NCBI GenBank assembly: GCA_964187785.1
Contig: OZ076409.1
Span: 50,966,001 to 51,030,000 of the forward strand
Direction of reading: 5' to 3'
DNA from: Amphiscolops sp. MND2022
Taxonomy: Eukaryota
Length of the DNA: 64,000 nucleotides
Shown one piece after another: positions 59,501 through 64,000 of this stretch. Each line of letters opens with the position of its first letter. The first letter of the stretch is position 1. A program made the translations under genes and the position numbers. Under the pieces are notes generated by a model. The model was not told the DNA's origin, ran no database searches, and was given only the letters and a program-made list of their open reading frames with translations.

Positions 59501-62020
59501 ACAATCCATCATTAGCTCTGCAATGACAAGAAATCATGATTTAGTTGCATGCGTAACTTGGCCTATTTCTGACACAAATTAGATTAATATGTCATCCTCC
59601 GATATTCGGATGTCCTGAAAATCTAGTTGATGATGTCAATTTCGGGGTTCAGAATGAAAATATTGGAATGAAAATCAAGTTGGTATTTGTCTTCTTTTGG
59701 TGAGTGAACTTTGCTGCAAAATTCAGCCAACAATTTCAAGAACGATTTATGGTTTTTAGAAAAAGACATGCCTCCAAAAACACGTCCTGAACTCTTTTTT
59801 GGTTCACTTTTCTCATTGAAATGTCGAAGCTCATGAAAACGGAAATGTTCGTTAACACTCACTGCTCTCTGTGAAATAGGTGTTGAGAATCTGGTGGATT
59901 TCGAAAACCTCCCACGAGTCGATGGGCAATAGCTGGAAGAAGTCGTTCAGACGACTGAACATGAGATAGCACAAGGTGTCCAGATACAGTTTCAGAAATT
60001 CCGGAAAGGAAGAGAAGCTCTAGAAAGAAAAGATTATTCAATTGATCAAGAATTCACTTTTATCACAACTACAAAGCATATCCAATATGAGCTATCAAGT
60101 TCTTCTCTAAAAAACAAATGCCCGTTTCAAGACTATTTCTAGCGTTGGACGATTCTGTAAAGTTGGGCTTCACTGAAAATGAATTCAAGTCAAAATAATT
60201 TTTCGGATAATTTGTCATACAGTCACGGTCTCCGAGATTTGTGATGGTATCGTAAACTGCTGTTCTCAGTTCGTTCAAAACTTGTAAAAGTTCAGTTGAT
60301 ACATATGCTTACTTGATGGAAATATAACTCTGTCGTCTGCAAGTGTGAAATCATTATACTCAGGAACTGCTTCAATTCGCCGATGAGGAAAGGAATATCC
60401 AACCCTGAAATTATATTTTGTGAGAATGAGACAATGCAATTCAAAAGTATCGTCTTTCTTCTATTTCAAGGGACGCTCCGAATGTAAGACACCCTCGAAA
60501 TTTTCACAGCTCGCTCCAATATTAACTAATACAACAACCTGCCCCCTTTAAACCCCCGAACATAACATAATTTTTGTTGTCATTGTCACTTGTGAGTCGA
60601 CTGTCGAAACTCATTAAAATGTAAATTTTCGATTGACCTACACCTCTTGTCCGAAGAAAGCATATAAAGTTTGAATATTGTATCTGTTATTAAAAACCGA
60701 AACTCTTGAACTCTTGAACTTTCCTCAATCATAGAATGTGAGACACGCCCGAATGGAAGACATATGTTTATACGAGGTAATTTGGAAAATCATTGGGAAA
60801 GTTCCAGTTCTTCACGATCACAATTCACTACAGTTGTTAGCATCGACGTTGTAAGCTCTCATCAAAGTCAGTGCTATTTTTATTAACCGGCTCTGTTCAT
60901 GTTCTGAGTGATATCTTGAGAATTGCCCATGAGATTCTTGTAGTCCTTGATAGCTGCTTTCGTCATGCACTTCTCAACCATCATTCTCACAACGGGTGAC
61001 ATCATTTCTTCCGACATCGAAGACTTTTTATTTCCATTTTTTTGACCATTTTCCACATGTGCTCGCGACACAATCAAGTCGGCATAAGGTTGGTCAGAGA
61101 CCTAAAACGAAGAACTTTGGATCTAATGTCAAGATCTGTTGCAAATAAGGCCATATTTTTGAGTTACAATTTTTATTCCTGCTTAAAACATAATAAAGGT
61201 AGCCATTAAGACGCTACTCTTTGATAATGTATCGCCTTTTTGTGGAATATGAATCGTTTTTACCTACCTTTGTCACGTCCAAAGGATTGGTTTCTTCCAT
61301 GATCTATAATTTAAAAGTATGAAATTTATAAAAGCAAAAAGCAGCCATTAAAAGAAATTTCTGAAGTGTAACTTTGAGATGACTCACTCTTTCCAGGAAG
61401 GCAAAGCATGATTCGATGAGACCTTGTGGTTTACCAAAAGGATAAGACGTCCTGAAATGTTTTTCAAATTATCTTCTTCGATCTCAAATCTAATTCCAAT
61501 TCTTCCTTACCGTTAGTTTATAATTAGTACAAATCGCTCAATTAAGTAAAAAGAGATATTAAAATTATACAAGAAATTAAAGGGAAATTTTTCAAGAAAG
61601 ATGCTTGACGCACGCGTTTTTTTTGTTTTATCATTGAAAGTTGGTACTCTGTTCCGTTCTGCAGGTTTCTTGAGTACAAGTTTCGCTAATATAGATATTC
61701 AAAAAAAATATAGGCGTCTTGGAGTGGTGAAAAACTCGGATGTTGCAAGTTATAATTATAACTTAAGGTCCATAAGGTCAATAGGTCAACTTGTTTCAAG
61801 ATCTATTGTTTGCTATATTTGCCAAACTAACGTGAATGTTGAAATTTTGTTGAGAAGAAATGAAACCAAGACATGAATTAAGGTTTCTTCGATTGCGGTT
61901 TCGATGTCATCTACTGGCACTTTCTTTATCGGCCCCTTCACTAGAGCAGCTATGTTTAGTTTCACCTCGGGATAAAAGCAGTCAAACTCATCCGATGTGA
62001 AGAATCCCAAGAAATCAGAT
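38427..62020 (-). CDS. CADPS: Divergent CAPS/UNC-31 (calcium-dependent secretion activator) gene, 3' part, many exons. Exons seen: 61388-61451, 61268-61303, 60888-61101, ~59330-59517, 43687-43851, 43083-43196, 42857-42961, 38427-38630
   Basis: Spliced peptides match remembered CAPS motifs in order: YPFGKPQGL..LER (FPFGRPEGAL), VEKCMTKAAIKDY (IRKCLEQAALVNY), PTVIQYMALTEKSI (PLVVRYVDLMESSI), YIDFVR..IEEIFADWY (YVTFVR..IERLFDQWY), RVYRAF...RLESEE...DSDEEDEE. The last four exons are phase-0 with GT-AG. The intermediate exons and the 5' end are unresolved. Confidence 0.8.
38961..39643 (+). mobile_element. Non-autonomous Helentron-like (HINE/DINE-type) element with internal minisatellite
   Basis: T-run + AGTCGGCGC at one end. 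The inverted GCGCCGACT is followed by a GC hairpin (gccggtcccggc) and TT at the other end. Internal AAAGGGTCCCCC tandem units. Confidence 0.6.
39900..40640. repeat. Degenerate ~180-bp tandem repeat
   Basis: ttgtccagta recurs at ~39983, 40168, 40346 and 40528 with similar flanks. More diverged units continue to ~42 kb. Confidence 0.65.
44109..49649 (-). mobile_element. Decayed full-length Ty3/gypsy LTR retrotransposon (5.5 kb) in a CADPS intron
   Basis: ~203-bp LTRs at 44109-44311 and 49448-49649 (4 substitutions seen). TGGT on both flanks. tRNA-Ser-type PBS TGGCGCAGTC (next to 49447) and PPT at 44312-44328. Gag knuckle CNKCGKKGHYAKAC, IDTGSP, LDD RT, RNase H and integrase fragments. Confidence 0.95.
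44430..49398 (-). pseudogene. gypsy gag-pol, multiply frameshifted and partly deleted
   Basis: Fragments in ORFs 49000..49398, 48471..48896, 48092..48547, 47485..48099, 46502..47350, 45834..46253, 45267..45566 and 44930..45370. Confidence 0.9.
52128..52240 (+). repeat. GCGAAGC-motif dispersed repeat, copy 3 (truncated)
   Basis: Similar to the copies at 2757 and 30462. Confidence 0.8.
56349..56478 (+). CDS. Probable first coding exon of a PLAC8/cornifelin-family protein, antisense within a CADPS intron
   Basis: MSDQQTDDVGPILIEPNASAEWEHSLCDCCKRPDWCVIGCCMP fits the W-x-x-x-L-C-D-C-C...C...G-C-C-x-P start of PLAC8 domains. Downstream exons were not resolved. Confidence 0.55.
57220..57275 (-). 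repeat. End fragment of the Helentron-like family
   Basis: acaagccgggaccggcccaagtcggcgcc is the reverse complement of the 39612-39643 end. Confidence 0.7.
58096..58295. other. Assembly gap (200 N)
   Basis: Run of N. Confidence 1.
58349..58998 (+). mobile_element. Helentron-like non-autonomous element, related copy
   Basis: AAAGGGTCCCC units. End gagccttagatatggcgccgactttagacgttcccgtcttgtt. Confidence 0.6.
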
Positions 62021-62506
62021 CTACAGAAAACCAAACCTTAGCTGCCGAAATTTGAATCTCGCACATCTTTTTATTTCGTTATTTAATTGATTCGGGAATG
62101 CAGGTTATCCCCATTGAGGAAAATCGCTACAAGAGGTGCAGATCCAACAATTTCATTGAATCTTGAGTGTTATCTAAGTGTAACTAACGTGCTCGATGTT
62201 GCCATTCCTGGTAGCCTGAAATGACAACGAATGTGTAATTCCTCTCACGATATTTGTGGGAAAAAACGTAACATATGAATTAAAAAACCGTGGAGGCTAT
62301 AGGTGTTATACGGTTCATCCGTTAGATTGACCTTTACCGCACTTCGGTCTACGCACATAGACTAAAGTTACGAGTTGTTGGTACACAAACTCAGAAAACA
62401 ATCTAAATTACATATATACATTATAGCGATTTTTTATGATACAATACAGTTGCTACAATACAAACCTTACATTTTATACTCTTTTTATACCTTAGTCCTA
62501 GAATAC

Positions 62507-63085
62507 AACAAGCTGGGAACGGAACAAGTCGGCGCCATATCTAAGGCTCAAAAATAGCAAAAGGACTTCAATGTGTCACGTATTCTCTTCTACAGTACCC
62601 GCGTGAGAAAAAATTGAAAAAATCCAATTTTTATTGAATTTTTTTCGATTTTTTTTCTCGAATTTTTCTCTCGACTTTTATTTCGAAATTTTTTCGAATT
62701 TTTTTTGGTCTCCGGTAAATCGCATAGTGCCGAAAAATGTAAAAGGGGGCCTTTGGGAGTTTTGAACATCCATTTTTTTGCAAAATAGAAAAAAAAATGA
62801 AAGGGGGACCCTTTGGAGACATTTAAAAAATTTGCGAAAAAAAGTCTCACAAAGCCGAAAAAATCTGCACAAAAATTTTTGGTCATGTGCGGGACTCGAA
62901 CCCACGTCCGTCTGCTTGGCAGACATCAAAAGCTATCCTAATTAACCTCTATGCTAAGTGGCAGTAGAAGTTACAAGTGTGGCAGTTAGTGGACGCAGCT
63001 TATAAAGCTTATGAAATCTGTCACTTTGTTGGTCTTAAAAAAGTCACTGCAATGGTCTGCGATTTCTACGAAAAGCGCCGACTAA
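62507..63085 (-). mobile_element. Helentron-like non-autonomous element, reverse orientation
   Basis: Inverted AGTCGGCGC (62527-62535) / GCGCCGACT (63075-63083). Shares internal sequence with 36700-36900 and 38961-39643. Confidence 0.6.
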
Positions 63086-64000
63086 CAATAACTCCACTCT
63101 AATAGACTTTACTTCAGTTTCACAATAGCTACGGAATGAAACATGAGATTTTCATCAAGCTTTTCATTAGTTGAGACTATAGTCTGGTGGGTTTTCTTTT
63201 GGTGGGTTTTCTCGTTTTTTGGATTTCCTCGTTCTGAAGTTTCTCCATTTTAGGAACTTGTTCTTTCTGATGCTTTGCTACCTTCCATTTTGTTCATTCT
63301 GATTGCGCCATGCTCTATCGTAGCGAAAGTAATAATAGAATATAGCTTGTAACAATGTATTGTAACTCGTATTGTACTCAAATGAATTCTATACGTTAAT
63401 GGATAATACGATATACATGTACAAGCGTATGTAATGAACATAAAGGTTTACGGGTACTTAGCTGTCTGGAGGTTGTGTGACCTCTACGGTCTTACTCAAG
63501 TTTTACATGATGTATTATGATACATCATGTCACAACGCGAAACTTAGTAAAGTCCATAGAGTTCTAATGAGGGTTTTGAATGGTAATAAAAACAAGGTAA
63601 ATCAAAATCTTGTTTATCTCTTTGTCTCTTTGTTGTTTTTAACCAATTACTTTGGTATCCGAATTAGCCATATTTCATGATACTCATTATTTTTCCGACA
63701 TGAAATCTACAAATTTCTAAATATTCTTCAACAATCTAGATATATTTCAAAAATCCTTGAATCATTTTGCAACAAAATCGATAGAAACAAACTGGATTTA
63801 CCACGCAACACACCCAAAGTCAAAACGTGCCAAAAAACCTGAATGACGGAATTATTGACACCAACTTACTTGATGCCATTAAATGAAGACGAAGTGCAGA
63901 CAAAAGCATAATGCAGCAGGGAGGGATCGATCATTTCACCTTCGACTGCTTTCTTCACAAGGGTTTTCAAGTAGACAAAGTGCTTTTCTGTTGACCTGAT

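Noticed and set aside
62880..62910. tRNA gene
   Set aside because: Only a T-arm/B-box-like segment inside a repeat. No cloverleaf.

Overview
AT-rich animal (invertebrate-type) nuclear DNA, dominated by transposable elements, with two recognisable host genes. 1-2.1 kb is the 5' part of a CR1/L2-like LINE (minus strand). 2915-29197 is a decayed BEL/Pao LTR retrotransposon (572-bp LTRs, ATTCT target duplication) that carries an extra SGNH-like ORF. Its integrase is split by the most striking object in the window: a young 18.8-kb Ty3/gypsy-type element (8593-27406, minus strand, ~346-bp LTRs differing at one base). This element encodes Gag-PR-RT-RH-IN, a 780+ aa envelope resembling chuvirus G / herpes gB-type (class III) fusion glycoproteins, and at least three large unknown accessory ORFs. 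It also has a leader array of six covarying three-way-junction RNA modules, non-canonical LTR ends, no polypurine tract, and a strongly G-depleted sense strand. It looks like a complex endogenous retrovirus-like virus of a lineage I do not recognise. Downstream lie a LINE/LARS chimeric duplicate and a nested hAT > Mutator-like MITE > GCGAAGC repeat. Then come an intact 3-coding-exon cytosolic leucyl-tRNA synthetase gene (LARS1) and a divergent multi-exon CAPS/UNC-31 (CADPS) gene on the minus strand. The CADPS introns hold a second decayed gypsy element, Helentron-like non-autonomous repeats and a PLAC8-like exon. There is a 200-bp assembly gap at 58096-58295. Family assignments come from motif recognition by eye, not database searches.
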